From: an uncultured bacterium
GTDB lineage: Bacteria > Acidobacteriota > HRBIN11 > JAKEFK01
Direction of reading: 5' to 3'
Length of the DNA stretch: 64,000 bases
NCBI GenBank assembly: GCA_963777505.1
Contig: CAVZQN010000008.1
Location: forward strand, 503,493 to 567,492
Below the pieces are notes generated by a model, which had not been told where the DNA came from, ran no database searches, and saw only the letters and a program-made list of their open reading frames with translations. Within the stretch, counting starts at the first letter, position 1, and every line of letters begins with the position of its first letter. Of this stretch, positions 11,602 through 21,518 are shown piece by piece. The position numbers were made by a program, and so were the translations under genes.

Positions 11602-12502
11602 TCACACCGCCCAGGACGGCAGCGGCTGCATGCGCTGCTTGATCCACGTCAGCAGGCTTTGCACCGCGGCACGGCGGATCTTGTTGGTCGGAATCAGCGC
11701 CTTCAGCCACAGCTCCGGCACCGGATAGTCCGGCAGCAAGGTTTGCAGCTGGCCGGCTTCGATCGCCGGCCGGGCGATGTAGCGCGCCACCATGGCGATG
11801 CCGAGGCCGCGGCAGGCGGCGCTCTGCAGGATCTGGCTGTCGTTGGCGGAGAAGCGCGAGCGCACGTCGACGTTGATCAGCCCGCGCGGGCTTTCGAACG
11901 ACCAGGTCGAACCGGTGGTCTGGAAGGTCAGGCAGTCGTGGCCGATCAGGTCGATCGGATGTTTCGGTTCGCCCGCGCGCGTCGATGTAGGCGGGCGCGG
12001 CGCACAGGACGCGCGGGTAGGGCGACAGCGGCTCGTCGATCACGTTGGCGTAGGACGCGGGCATCGCGCCGATGGCGATGTCGAAATCCTCTTCCACCGG
12101 GTTGACCGAGCGGTCGATCAGCACGAGGTCGATGGCGATGCCGGGATGGGCGACCTGGAAGTCGTTCAGGATTTCGCCGAAGTTGAGGATCGCCAGCGTC
12201 GTCGGGCATTTGATCCGCAACTGGCCCTCGATCCGGTCCGTGGCGCTGACGCGGCGCCGTTGATGGCGTCCTCGACGTCGCCGACGATGGTCTGGTAGCG
12301 CGGGAAGTAGCGCTCGCCGGTTTCCGTCAGCGACAGCTTGCGCGTCGAGCGCACGAACAGCTGCGCGCGCATCTGGTCTTCCAGGCGGTTGATGCGCTTG
12401 ACGATCACGGATGGGGCAACGCCAAGCTCGCGCGCGGCGGCCGAAAAGCTCCCGGCCCGGGCCGTGGTGAGAAAAGCCTTTATATTCAGAAGTGTAGTTC
12501 AC
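11602..12502 (-). pseudogene. LysR-family transcriptional regulator, about 3 frame breaks, start approximate
   Basis: HTH part (SVIVKRINRLEDQMRAQLFVRSTRKLSLTETG, 12166..12408), co-inducer domain in 11534..12502 (RIKCPTTLAILNFGEILNDFQVAHPGIAIDLV) and C-terminus in 11602..11865. Divergent from the operon starting at 12708. Confidence 0.8.
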
Positions 12503-12504
12503 AT

Positions 12505-12528
12505 GCCTTTCTCCAATCGAGAAAGCTG
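12505..12528. promoter_or_regulatory. candidate LysR box 1: GCCTTTCTCC-AAT-CGAGAAAGCTG
   Basis: Interrupted dyad CTTTCTCC/N3/CGAGAAAG (7 of 8 symmetric) immediately upstream of lysR. It is one of two copies of the same 24-nt unit. Confidence 0.4.
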
Positions 12529-12606
12529 AGTTGTCCCGCGTTCCTGCGGCAATCCGGCATCGACCGGTCTGGCCGCGGAACTATCCTTGTTCCCAATAGC
12601 TTAGCC

Positions 12607-12630
12607 GCCTTTCTCGTTTCGAGAAAGCTG
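12607..12630. promoter_or_regulatory. candidate LysR box 2: GCCTTTCTCG-TTT-CGAGAAAGCTG
   Basis: Perfect 8-bp inverted repeat with a 3-nt spacer containing a symmetric T-N11-A. It lies 102 bp from copy 1 and about 80 nt upstream of the ATG at 12708. Confidence 0.4.
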
Positions 12631-12707
12631 TTGGTCACTGATGCTGCTTTTTCGCCCATTTCGACGCGGACTAGCATCGCGCCAAGAACAAAGACGGGAG
12701 AAGGCGC

Positions 12708-14042
12708 ATGGCGGAAGCGGAAGGCACCCGGATCGTCCGCAGGCCGGGCAAGGGCGCGGTGCGCAAGGTCGAAGGCGACATCTGCGTCGTCGGCGCCGGC
12801 GCCGCCGGCGCCTCCGCGGCGATCGAGGCGGCCCGGCTCGGGCGCAAGGTGATCCTGGTCGACGGCATGCCGGCGCTGGGCGGGCAGGCGGTGAATTCGA
12901 TCATCGGCACGTTCTGCGGCCTCTTCTCCAACGGCACGCACGGCTACCAGTTCACCCACGGCATCGCCGACGACATCATGGAGACGCTCGGCAAGAACAG
13001 CGAGCAGCTCTATTACCGCAACGGCCCGCACACGACGGTCGTCTACTACGACGAGGTCGCGCTCGGCCGCTGGATCGAGCGCACGGTGCGCGAGCTCGGC
13101 ATCACCGTGATCGTCGGCGCGGTGATGCGCGATGTGCGATGTCGAAGGCCGGCGCATCAAGACGCTGCATCTGGCCACGCGCTACGGCGACGTCGACGTG
13201 CAGGCGACCGGCTTCGTCGACGCCAGCGGCGACGCGGCGCTGGTCTATCAGGCGGGCTTTGCCTGCCGCGAGCCGACCAGCCCGATCTACGGCACGCAGA
13301 TGGTGATGCTCGAGAACATCGACGAGGCGAAGCATCCGACGCGCGAGGAAATCCCGGCGAAGATGAAGGAGAAGGGCGACAAGTACGGCCTCGTCCGCCG
13401 CGAGGGACTTGGCTTCGTCATTCCCGGCCGCGGCGTCGCCGCGATGAACATGACCCATGTGGAGACGCCGCTCGATCCGATCGAAGCCTCGATCAAGGGC
13501 GATTGACGGCAAGGACCAGGCCGACCGCGCGGTCGAGTTTCTGCGCAACGAGTTCCCCGAGTGCTTTCGGCAAGGCGCGCATTCGCGCCTACGGCTTTCC
13601 CGGCATCCGCCAGACCCGCTGGATCGTCGGCCGCCAGCAGCTCACGGTCGACGACGTGCGCGCCGGCACGAAGTTCCCGGACGCCGTTGCGCGCACCGCC
13701 TGGCCGATCGAATTGCACGACCACTCCGACGGCCATCACTGGCAGACCTTCGGCGATCGACCATGTGCATTATGTGCCATTGGCAGCATGATCCCGGCCG
13801 ACGGCGACAACGTCGTCGCCGCCGGCCGCTGCATCGATGCGCGACTGCGCGGCGCTGTCGAGCGTGCGGGTGATGGGCCCGTGCATGGCGATGGGCGCGG
13901 CGGCCGCCAATGCGCTCGATCTTGCCGGCACCGGCAGCGTGCACCAGATCGACATCCAGGCGCTGGCGCAAGCGCGTGCACGACAATATCGAGACCAAAC
14001 ACATGCGATGGCCGAGCAAGGCGGCCTGACGGCAACGCGTGA
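12708..14042 (+). pseudogene. FAD-dependent oxidoreductase (FAD_oxidored-like), about 4 frame breaks
   Basis: N-terminal Rossmann motif DICVVGAGAAGASAAIEAARLGRKVILVD. Fragments 12708..14042, 13132..13506, 13457..13873 and the start of 13837..14757. The true stop is probably TGA at 14027-14029. Confidence 0.75.
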
Positions 14043-14043
14043 C

Positions 14044-15324
14044 ATGAAACTGACCGACGACGAGAAAGAGATGCTCGACGGCGTCCACGGCCGCGCGAAA
14101 GCGCGGGCGATGGACCTGCTCGTGCGCTACGGCGAGGCGCTCGGCGCCGAGCGGCTGGTGGAGACCAACAATGTCGCCGGCGCCTTCAATGCCTCGACGC
14201 CGTCGGTGCGCGAACTTGTCGAAGAAGGGCTTCGATGCGGTCTATTCGGAATTCAATCTCGACAGCGCGGAAGTGGTCGAGGTGCCGAAGATGGTCGCCC
14301 ACACCTGCCAGCTGATCACCGGCATCGACAACGCCAACTGGCGCATGCAGGGCATTCCGGACGATCTCGCCGAGCAGCAGAAGCGCGGCGAGGAATTCTT
14401 CGGCAGCCGCGGCATCAACATGTTCGCGACCTGCACGCCCTATCAGGTCGGCAATGTGCCGGTGAAGGGCGAGCATTGCGCCTGGATGGAATCCTCCGCC
14501 GTCGTCTATTGCAACTCGGTGCTCGGCGCGCGCACCAACACCGAGGGCAAGGAGAGCACCGGCGCCGCGGCGCTCACCGGCCGCATTCCCTACTGGGGCT
14601 ATCACATCAAGGAGAACCGGCGCGGCACCCATCTCGTCGAGGTGGACATCGACGTCGACGACATCATGGACTGGGGCCTGCTCGGCTACTACCTCGGCGA
14701 GATCGTCGACGACGAGATCCCGGTGCTCGACCGGCCGCTACAAGCAGCCGAGCCTGATCAAGCTGAAGCATTTTGGTGCGGCGGCGGCATCGTCCGGCGG
14801 CGTCGAGATGTACCACATCCCCGACATCACGCCGGAAGCGCGCGACGGTCGAGGAAGCGTTCGGCGGCAATCCGGTGCGCGGCATCGTCCGTTATGGCGA
14901 GAAGGAGCGGCGCACAGCTTACGAGAATCTGAACTGCGCCACGCGACCGCAACGTCGATTTCGTCATGCTCGGCTGCCCGCACAATTCCATCGACCAGGT
15001 CTGGCTGATCGCGTCGCTGCTCGACGGCCGCAAGATCAGCGCCAATACCGAGCTCTGGGTGCATACGCCGCGCGGCGCTGCGCGAGGTCGCCGATCGCAA
15101 CGGCTACACGAAGATGATCATGGACGCCGGCGGCCATGTCATGAGCGACACCTGTCCGGCGATCTCGCGCGCACATGCCGAAGGGCACCAAAGTGGTCGC
15201 GACCGATTCGGCCAAGCAGGCGCATTATCTGCCGGCCATCACCGGCGTGTCGGCCTGGTTCGGCTCGGTCAAGCATTGCGTCGAGGCGGCGGTCAGCGGC
15301 CGCTGGGACGGAGGCCTGCGATGA
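14044..15324 (+). pseudogene. aconitase X catalytic (large) subunit, DUF521 family, many frame breaks
   Basis: MKLTDDEKEMLDGVHGRAKARAMDLLVRYGEALGAERL, ATCTPYQVGN, WMESSAVVYCNSVLGARTN, MLGCPHNSIDQV, DTCPAIS. These are chained from 13837..14757, 14171..14932, 14808..15008, 14773..15117, 14966..15697 and 15114..17225. Confidence 0.75.
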
Positions 15325-15768
15325 GCGAGACGCTCGTGCGCAAGGACCAGACGAAAATCGTGCTGCGCGGGCGCAAGGTCGTCGGCGGCTGCGCCGAGGG
15401 CGAGGCGATCGTCACCCGCGACACGATCTCCGGCTGGGGCGGCATCAACGAGCGCGACGGCACCGTGATCGAGCGCCGGCACGAACTGCGCGGCCAGAGC
15501 TTCAAGGACAAGGTCCTGGTGTTTCCCGGCGCCAAGGGCTCGTCCGGCTGGTCGGCCTATTTTCACATGGCGCGGCTGAACGGCGCGTCGCCGCGGGCGA
15601 TGATCTTCAACAAGATGACGACCAAGGTCGCGCTCGGCGCCGTGGTCACGCACGCGCCGGCGATGACGGAGCTGGATCAGGATCCGCTCGCAGGTGATCG
15701 AGACCGGCGACTGGGTCAAGGTCGATGCCGACAATGGCATCGTCGAAATCACCAAGCGTCGCGGCTGA
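15321..15768 (+). pseudogene. aconitase X swivel (small) subunit, DUF126 family, 1 frame break
   Basis: MSETLV...GEAIVTRDTISGWGGINERDGTVIERRHELRGQSFKDKVLVFPGAKGSSGWS. ATGA start/stop overlap with the large subunit at 15321-15324. The C-terminus (VIETGDWVKVDADNGIVEITKRRG) is in another frame. Confidence 0.7.
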
Positions 15769-15777
15769 GGCACGGGA

Positions 15778-17529
15778 ATGTCGGAGCAGACGGCAGGCCG
15801 GCTGACGGCGAGGGGACTGGAGGGCCCGCAGCTCACCGATCGCCTGCGGCGCTGCTGCGCGGCCGCAATCTGGCGGTGCTGGCGCTGCTGCTGTTGCTCG
15901 GCTTCCTCACCGTCTATCCGATGTCGATGCTGCTCTATGGCAGCCTGCACTCGACGCCACCGGGCGCTGCTGGCGTATTCAATCTCGACGGCTACCGGGC
16001 AGATCATGACCACGCACAATCTGGTCGTGCTGCTCAATACGATCGGCATTTCCTTTGCAAAGACGGTTCCATCGCTCGCCGTCGCCATCTTTCTTGCCTG
16101 GATCATCGCCCGTACCGATACGCCGTATCGCGCCGTGCTCGAGGTGATGATCACGCTGCCCTTCTTCGTGCCGCCGATCCTCACCGCGATGGCCTGGGGC
16201 ATGCTCGGCAACGTCCAGGTCGGTCTCATCAACCAGACCTGGAAGGCGATCACCGGTTCCGAGACCTCGCCGATCAACGTCTTTTCCTATGGCGGCGTGA
16301 TCTGGCACATGTCGCAATACACGACCACGTTCCTGTTCCTGTTTCTGGTCGATGCCTTCCGCGCCATGGATCCCGCGCTCGAAGAGGCAAGCCGGATGTG
16401 CGGCGCGTCGCGCTGGACCACCTTCCGCAGGATCACGCTGTTCCTGCTGCTGCCGGTGCTGACCAGCGGCGTGATGCTGAGCTTCATCCGCGGCATCGAG
16501 AGTTTCGAGTCGCCGCTGTTCTTCGGCACGCCTGCCGGCATCAAGGTCATCTCCACCGAAATCTACGACTCCATCAGCCAGCGCGCGGTGCCGAACTATC
16601 AGTCGGCGACCGCACTGAGCTTCGTCATCATGGGTCTGATGCTGCTGCTGGTCGTCTGGCAGTGGACGGTGCTGCGCGGCAGGAGTTTCCAGACCGTCAC
16701 CGGCAAGGGCTTCAACCCGGGCGTGGTCAAGCTCGGCGCGTGGCGCTGGGCGACGTTTACGTTCTGCCTGCTGTTCTTCTTCGTGACCACGGTGCTGCCG
16801 GTCGGCCAGCTTGTGGCAGGCTCGTTCTTCAAGTTCTTCGGCTTCTACGGCTGGGACAACCTGACGCTCGAGCACTATCGCGCCGTGCTCGGCGACAGCG
16901 AATTCTGGCGCGCGACCAAGAACACCATGGTGCTCGGCCTGGTCGGCGCCACCGCGACGATGGTGCTCGGCAGCATCGTCGCCTACGTCTCCGTGCGCAC
17001 CACATGGCGCGGCCGGCGCCTGATCGACGCCATCGCCTGGCTGCCATGGATGATGCCCGGCATCGTGCTGGCAATCGGCTTCCTCTGGGGTTTCGCGATG
17101 CTGCCCGCGGCGATTCCGATCTACGGCACGGTCTGGGCGCTGTTCTTCGCCTATCTCGCGCTCGGCACGCCGGTGTCGGTGCGGGTGATGTCGGGCGCCT
17201 ACGCGCAGCTTTCCTTCGATCTTGAGGAATGCTCGCGCGTGCATGGCGCGAACTTCTGGCAGACGCTGACGCGCATTCTGGTGGCGCTGGCCTGGCCGGC
17301 GTTCGCGGTCGGCTGGGTGCTGACGTTCTTCGGCATCATGCGCGAACTGTCGGCCTCGATCATGCTCTACACGACCGGCTCGGAAGTGCTGTCGGTGGTG
17401 CTGGTGAAGCGCTGGGTCAACGGGCTTGCGGAAGAGGTCAGCGTGATCGGCCTGATGATGATGGCGCTGGTGATCGTATTCCGCTGGGTGCAGCTGGTGG
17501 TGATCAAGCGGCGGATCAGTACGCTGTGA
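15778..17529 (+). CDS. ABC transporter permease, fused double-domain (FbpB/ThiP-like, about 12 TM)
   Basis: Open 583-aa ORF with two EAA-type loops (LEEASRMCGASRWTTFRRI and LEECSRVHGANFWQTLTRI). Residues about 20-75 are Cys/Arg-rich nonsense, while frame 15114..17225 reads LAVLALLLLLGFLTVYPMSMLLYGSL. That implies two compensating indels. Confidence 0.85.
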   Translation: MSEQTAGRLTARGLEGPQLTDRLRRCCAAAIWRCWRCCCCSASSPSIRCRCCSMAACTRRHRALLAYSISTATGQIMTTHNLVVLLNTIGISFAKTVPSLAVAIFLAWIIARTDTPYRAVLEVMITLPFFVPPILTAMAWGMLGNVQVGLINQTWKAITGSETSPINVFSYGGVIWHMSQYTTTFLFLFLVDAFRAMDPALEEASRMCGASRWTTFRRITLFLLLPVLTSGVMLSFIRGIESFESPLFFGTPAGIKVISTEIYDSISQRAVPNYQSATALSFVIMGLMLLLVVWQWTVLRGRSFQTVTGKGFNPGVVKLGAWRWATFTFCLLFFFVTTVLPVGQLVAGSFFKFFGFYGWDNLTLEHYRAVLGDSEFWRATKNTMVLGLVGATATMVLGSIVAYVSVRTTWRGRRLIDAIAWLPWMMPGIVLAIGFLWGFAMLPAAIPIYGTVWALFFAYLALGTPVSVRVMSGAYAQLSFDLEECSRVHGANFWQTLTRILVALAWPAFAVGWVLTFFGIMRELSASIMLYTTGSEVLSVVLVKRWVNGLAEEVSVIGLMMMALVIVFRWVQLVVIKRRISTL

Positions 17530-17561
17530 CGAAACAACAAGGGAAGAAACGGGAGGACAAC

Positions 17562-18585
17562 ATGTTCGGCAAGACTCTTCAAGGTGGCGGCCATTGCCGC
17601 GGCTATCGCGGCCTCGGTGATCGGCGTCGCGCGTGCGGCCGATCAGGACATGCCGGCCGACGTCGTCGCGGCGGCGAAGAAGGAGGGCAAGGTCGCCTTC
17701 TACACCTCGTTCCTGGGCGCGAAGGCGCATCTCGACATCATCAAGAGCTTCGAGGCCAAGTACGGCATCACCGTCGAATTGCTCGACGTGCGCGCCAGCG
17801 ACATGACCGAGCGCATCCGCACCGAGCAGACCTCGAAGCGCTATATCGCCGACGTCGTGCAGAACGGCGCGGCGAGCCTCGTGCGGCAGCAGCGCCAGGG
17901 CTACATCCAGAACGCATGGCGGCATCCCCAACGCGAAGAATCTGCTCAAGGATCACCAGGCCAGCGACTTCGGCGTGCCGACCTACATTCTCGGCTACGG
18001 CATCCTGATCAACACCAATGCGGTCAAGGGCGCCGACGTGCCGAAATCCTGGCAGGACATCAAGGACCCGAAGTGGAAGGGCAAGATCATCTCCGACGAT
18101 CCGCGCGCGCTGGGCGGCGGCAACGTGATGTTCTCCGCCTTCCAGGACAAGCTCGGCGACGCCTACAACACCGCACTCTCGCAGCAGGGCTGGTGCTGAG
18201 CCGCGACGTCGGCAATGACGAGCGCCGTGTCGCCCGCGGCGAGTATCCGATGCGCATTCCGCAGCTGTTCTCGAACTGGCTGGCGCTGAAGTCGCTGCCG
18301 GTGAAGTTCATCGCGCCGGAAGAGGGCCTGCCCTACATCCGCTTCGATTTCGGCATCCTGACCGGCGCGCCGCATCCGAACGCCGCGCGCCTGTTCATCA
18401 ACCACTACCTCAGCGAGCAGGTGCAGACGGCCTACGCGGTTGCGGGACTGATACCGACCGTCGACGGCATTCTCGACAAGGCGGGCGAGGCGGGTGCCGA
18501 ACTGAAGGGCATCAAGCTGCTCGGCACCACCGATGTGGACCGGCAGGATACGATGCTCGATCGCGCCAAGCAACTCTATCCGTGA
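17562..18585 (+). pseudogene. ABC transporter periplasmic substrate-binding protein (Fe3+/polyamine/thiamine class), about 3 frame breaks
   Basis: ATG at 17562 after a GGGAGGA SD. Signal peptide ending in VARA/ADQ. Fragments 17584..18585 and 17975..18199 (PTYILGYGILINTNAVKGADVPKSWQDIKDPKWKGKII). Confidence 0.8.
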
Positions 18586-18607
18586 TCTGAAAGGCTGCGA
18601 GTAATCG

Positions 18608-19709
18608 ATGACTGCTGTTCTGCTCGAAAACGTCAGCCGCGCCTTCGGCACGGCGCTTGCGGTGGATCGGGTCAACCTGAAGGTCGAGGCGGGCGAGTTC
18701 CTGACGCTGCTCGGCCCGTCCGGCTGCGGCAAGACCACCACGCTGCGCATGATCGCGGGGCTGGAGCAGAACACGACCGGGCGCATCACCATCGGCGACG
18801 CGGTCGTCAGCGACGCCGATCGCTCGATCTTCGTGGCGGCGGAGCGCCGCCGCCTCGGCATGGTGTTCCAGTCCTACGCGATCTGGCCGCACATGACGGT
18901 GTTCGACAACGTCGCCTATCCCTTGCGCATCCGCCGCCGCCCGCGGCCGAGATCAAGGAGCGGGTGATGAAGACGCTCGGTCTCGTCGAGATGGAGCAGC
19001 TACGCCGAGCGTCCGGCGCCGGCGCTGTCGGGCGGCCAGCAGCAGCGCGTCGCCATTGCGCGCGCGCTGGTGTTCGAGCCCGAGGTGCTGCTGCTCGACG
19101 AGCCGCTGTCGAACCTCGATGCGCGGCTGCGGACGCAGATGGGCGACGAATTCCGCAAGCTGCAGAAGCGGCTCGGCATCACCAGCCTTTACGTCACGCA
19201 CGATCAGGAAGAGGCGATGGCGCTGTCCGACCGCGTGGTGGTGATGCAGGGCGGCAAGATCCTGCAGGTCGGCTCGCCGGAAGAAATCTATCAGCGGCCC
19301 GGCAGCCGCAGCGTCGCCGCCTTCTTCGGTTCGCCCAACCTGCTCGACGCCGAGGTGACGGCGAGCCAGCCGGCGGAGGCCGGCTACTTCCGCCTCGACG
19401 TCGCCGGCAAGGACTGGCGCGGCCAGTGCCGCGCGGCCGCGCGTCTTTCGCCCGGCACGCGTGTCGGCGTGCTGGTGCGGCCGGAGACGATTTCGCTGTC
19501 GTCGAACGGCGCGGCCGGCGACGGCCGATGCCATCCGCTGGACGGGCAAGGTGAAGGACATGATTTTCCGCGGCTCGCGCCGTTCGATCGCGGTGGAGAC
19601 GGCGGCGCAAACGCTGCGCGTCGAGGCGCCGTCGCAGCAGCCGGTTGCGGTCGGCGATACCGTCACGCTGACGACGCCGGCGAACACCGCCTGGGCGATC
19701 GAAGGCTGA
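18608..19709 (+). pseudogene. ABC transporter ATP-binding protein (PotA/FbpC-like with C-terminal TOBE-type domain), about 3 frame breaks
   Basis: Walker A GPSGCGKTT (18608..18967). [14 protein letters not shown] is restored only after removing one base near 19002. Walker [12 protein letters not shown] (19070 frame). C-terminus in 19461..19709. Confidence 0.85.
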
Positions 19710-19711
19710 AG

Positions 19712-21451
19712 ATGGCCAGAAAGCTTCGCAGCAACGCGGAATACGGCAATGCGCGCTGGGCGACGCGGCGCGCGCTGTGGCGCGCGCTCGGCCTGACGGA
19801 CGCGGACTTCGACAAGCCGAAGATCGCGGTGGTGAATTCATCGTCCGATCTGGCGATCTGCTACTCCCATCTCGACGGCATTGCCAAGCGCATGAAGGAG
19901 GCGATCCGCGCCGCCGGCGCCGTCGCCTTCGAGGTGCGCACCACCGCGCCGGCCGACTTCGTCACCTCGTGGGGCCATCGCGGCGGCTACATCCTCTCCG
20001 CGCGCGACCTGATCACCAACGACATCGAGGCGCAGGTCGAGGGCGCGCTGCTCGACGGCATGGTCTGCCTCGCCTCCTGCGACAAGACCCCGCCCGGCCA
20101 GCTGATGGCCGCGGGACGGCTGAACATCCCGACGCTGATCTTCTGCTGCGGCTACCAGCCGAGCGGCCAGCACAAGGGCCATCTCTGCGACATCGAGGAC
20201 GTGTTCGCGACCGCCGGCGGGCTGGCCTTCGGCAAGGTCTCGATCGACGAGATCAAGGAGATGAGCGACGTCGCCATCCAGGGGCCCGGCGTCTGCGCCG
20301 GCATGGGCACGGCCAACACGCTGCATGCCGCCTGCGAGGCGCTCGGCATGTCGCTGCCCGGCTCGACGCCGATCCTCGCCAACAGCGACAGGATGTGGGA
20401 GTTCGTCGAACAGGCGGGCAGGCGCATCGTCGCGATGATCGACGAGGACCTGAAGCCGCGCGACATTCTCACGACCGAGGCGTTCGAGAACGCGGTGATG
20501 GTCATGCTCTGCGTCAGCGGCTCGATCAACTCGGCCAAGCATCTGGCGGCGGTCGCGCAGGAGGCCGGCTGCGACGTCGACGTCTACAAGCTGTTCGAAA
20601 AATATGCCGACGTCATTCCGCTGCTGACCGCGGTGCGTCCGAACGGCGACGCCACCACCGAAGCCTTCGAGGCGGCCGGCGGCACGCAGGGCGTGATGAA
20701 GCAGCTGCAGCAGTTCATGAAGACCGGCGCGCGGACCGTCACCGGCAAGACGCTGGCCGAGAATCTCGCGAGCTTCAAGGTGACGGACGAGGAGACCATC
20801 CGTCCGGTCTCGCGTCCGCTCGGCAAGCATCCGACCATCGTCATGCTGCGCGGCAGCCTCTCGCCGGAAACCAGCATCGTCAAACTCAGCGTCACCGAGC
20901 AGCGCAATCTGCAGCTGCGCGGCCCCGCGGTCGTGTTCGAGAACGCGCTCGACGCCATCAACGGCATCCAGGACGGCAAGGTCAGCGCCGGCCAGGTGGT
21001 CGTCGTGCGCGGCCTCGGCCCGAGGGGAACGCCCGGCATGGGCGTCGCGTCGGCGGTGGTCTTCGCCGTGCTCGGCGCGGGGCTCGCCGGCAAGGTCGCC
21101 GTCGTCACCGATGGTCAGCTTTCGGGCCTCACCAATGTCGGCATCACCGTCGCCGAGGTTGCGCCCGAAGCGGCGGCCGGCGGTCCGATCGGCCTGGTCG
21201 AGAACGGCGACATCATCGCCATCGACGTCGAGAAGCGGACGGCCGATCTTGAAGTCTCCGAGCCGAAGCTCGCGCGCCGTCGCAGGAACATGACGCGCTG
21301 GGACAAGACCGACGAGCGCGGCTGGCTGGCCATGTACCGCGAACTGGTCGAGCCGGTCGGCAAAGGCCGATTCTCCGGCGTTGAGCGCGCCTCTCGCTTG
21401 CGGGACGACAGCGTTAACGGTGCGTCAATAAACGCGGTTACCAAAGCCTGA
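19712..21451 (+). CDS. IlvD/Edd-family dehydratase (dihydroxy-acid / sugar-acid dehydratase-like)
   Basis: MARKLRSN... inside ORF 19070..21451. Fe-S/Mg motifs [11 protein letters not shown] and [13 protein letters not shown]. It starts 3 nt after the ATPase stop. The last ~30 aa may hide a further indel. Confidence 0.9.
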   Translation: MARKLRSNAEYGNARWATRRALWRALGLTDADFDKPKIAVVNSSSDLAICYSHLDGIAKRMKEAIRAAGAVAFEVRTTAPADFVTSWGHRGGYILSARDLITNDIEAQVEGALLDGMVCLASCDKTPPGQLMAAGRLNIPTLIFCCGYQPSGQHKGHLCDIEDVFATAGGLAFGKVSIDEIKEMSDVAIQGPGVCAGMGTANTLHAACEALGMSLPGSTPILANSDRMWEFVEQAGRRIVAMIDEDLKPRDILTTEAFENAVMVMLCVSGSINSAKHLAAVAQEAGCDVDVYKLFEKYADVIPLLTAVRPNGDATTEAFEAAGGTQGVMKQLQQFMKTGARTVTGKTLAENLASFKVTDEETIRPVSRPLGKHPTIVMLRGSLSPETSIVKLSVTEQRNLQLRGPAVVFENALDAINGIQDGKVSAGQVVVVRGLGPRGTPGMGVASAVVFAVLGAGLAGKVAVVTDGQLSGLTNVGITVAEVAPEAAAGGPIGLVENGDIIAIDVEKRTADLEVSEPKLARRRRNMTRWDKTDERGWLAMYRELVEPVGKGRFSGVERASRLRDDSVNGASINAVTKA

Positions 21452-21518
21452 AAATCATCGGACAATTTTAAGGACTTCACCGCACTGTGGTTGCAGCACT
21501 GCCGGTGCGCGTGGTGTC

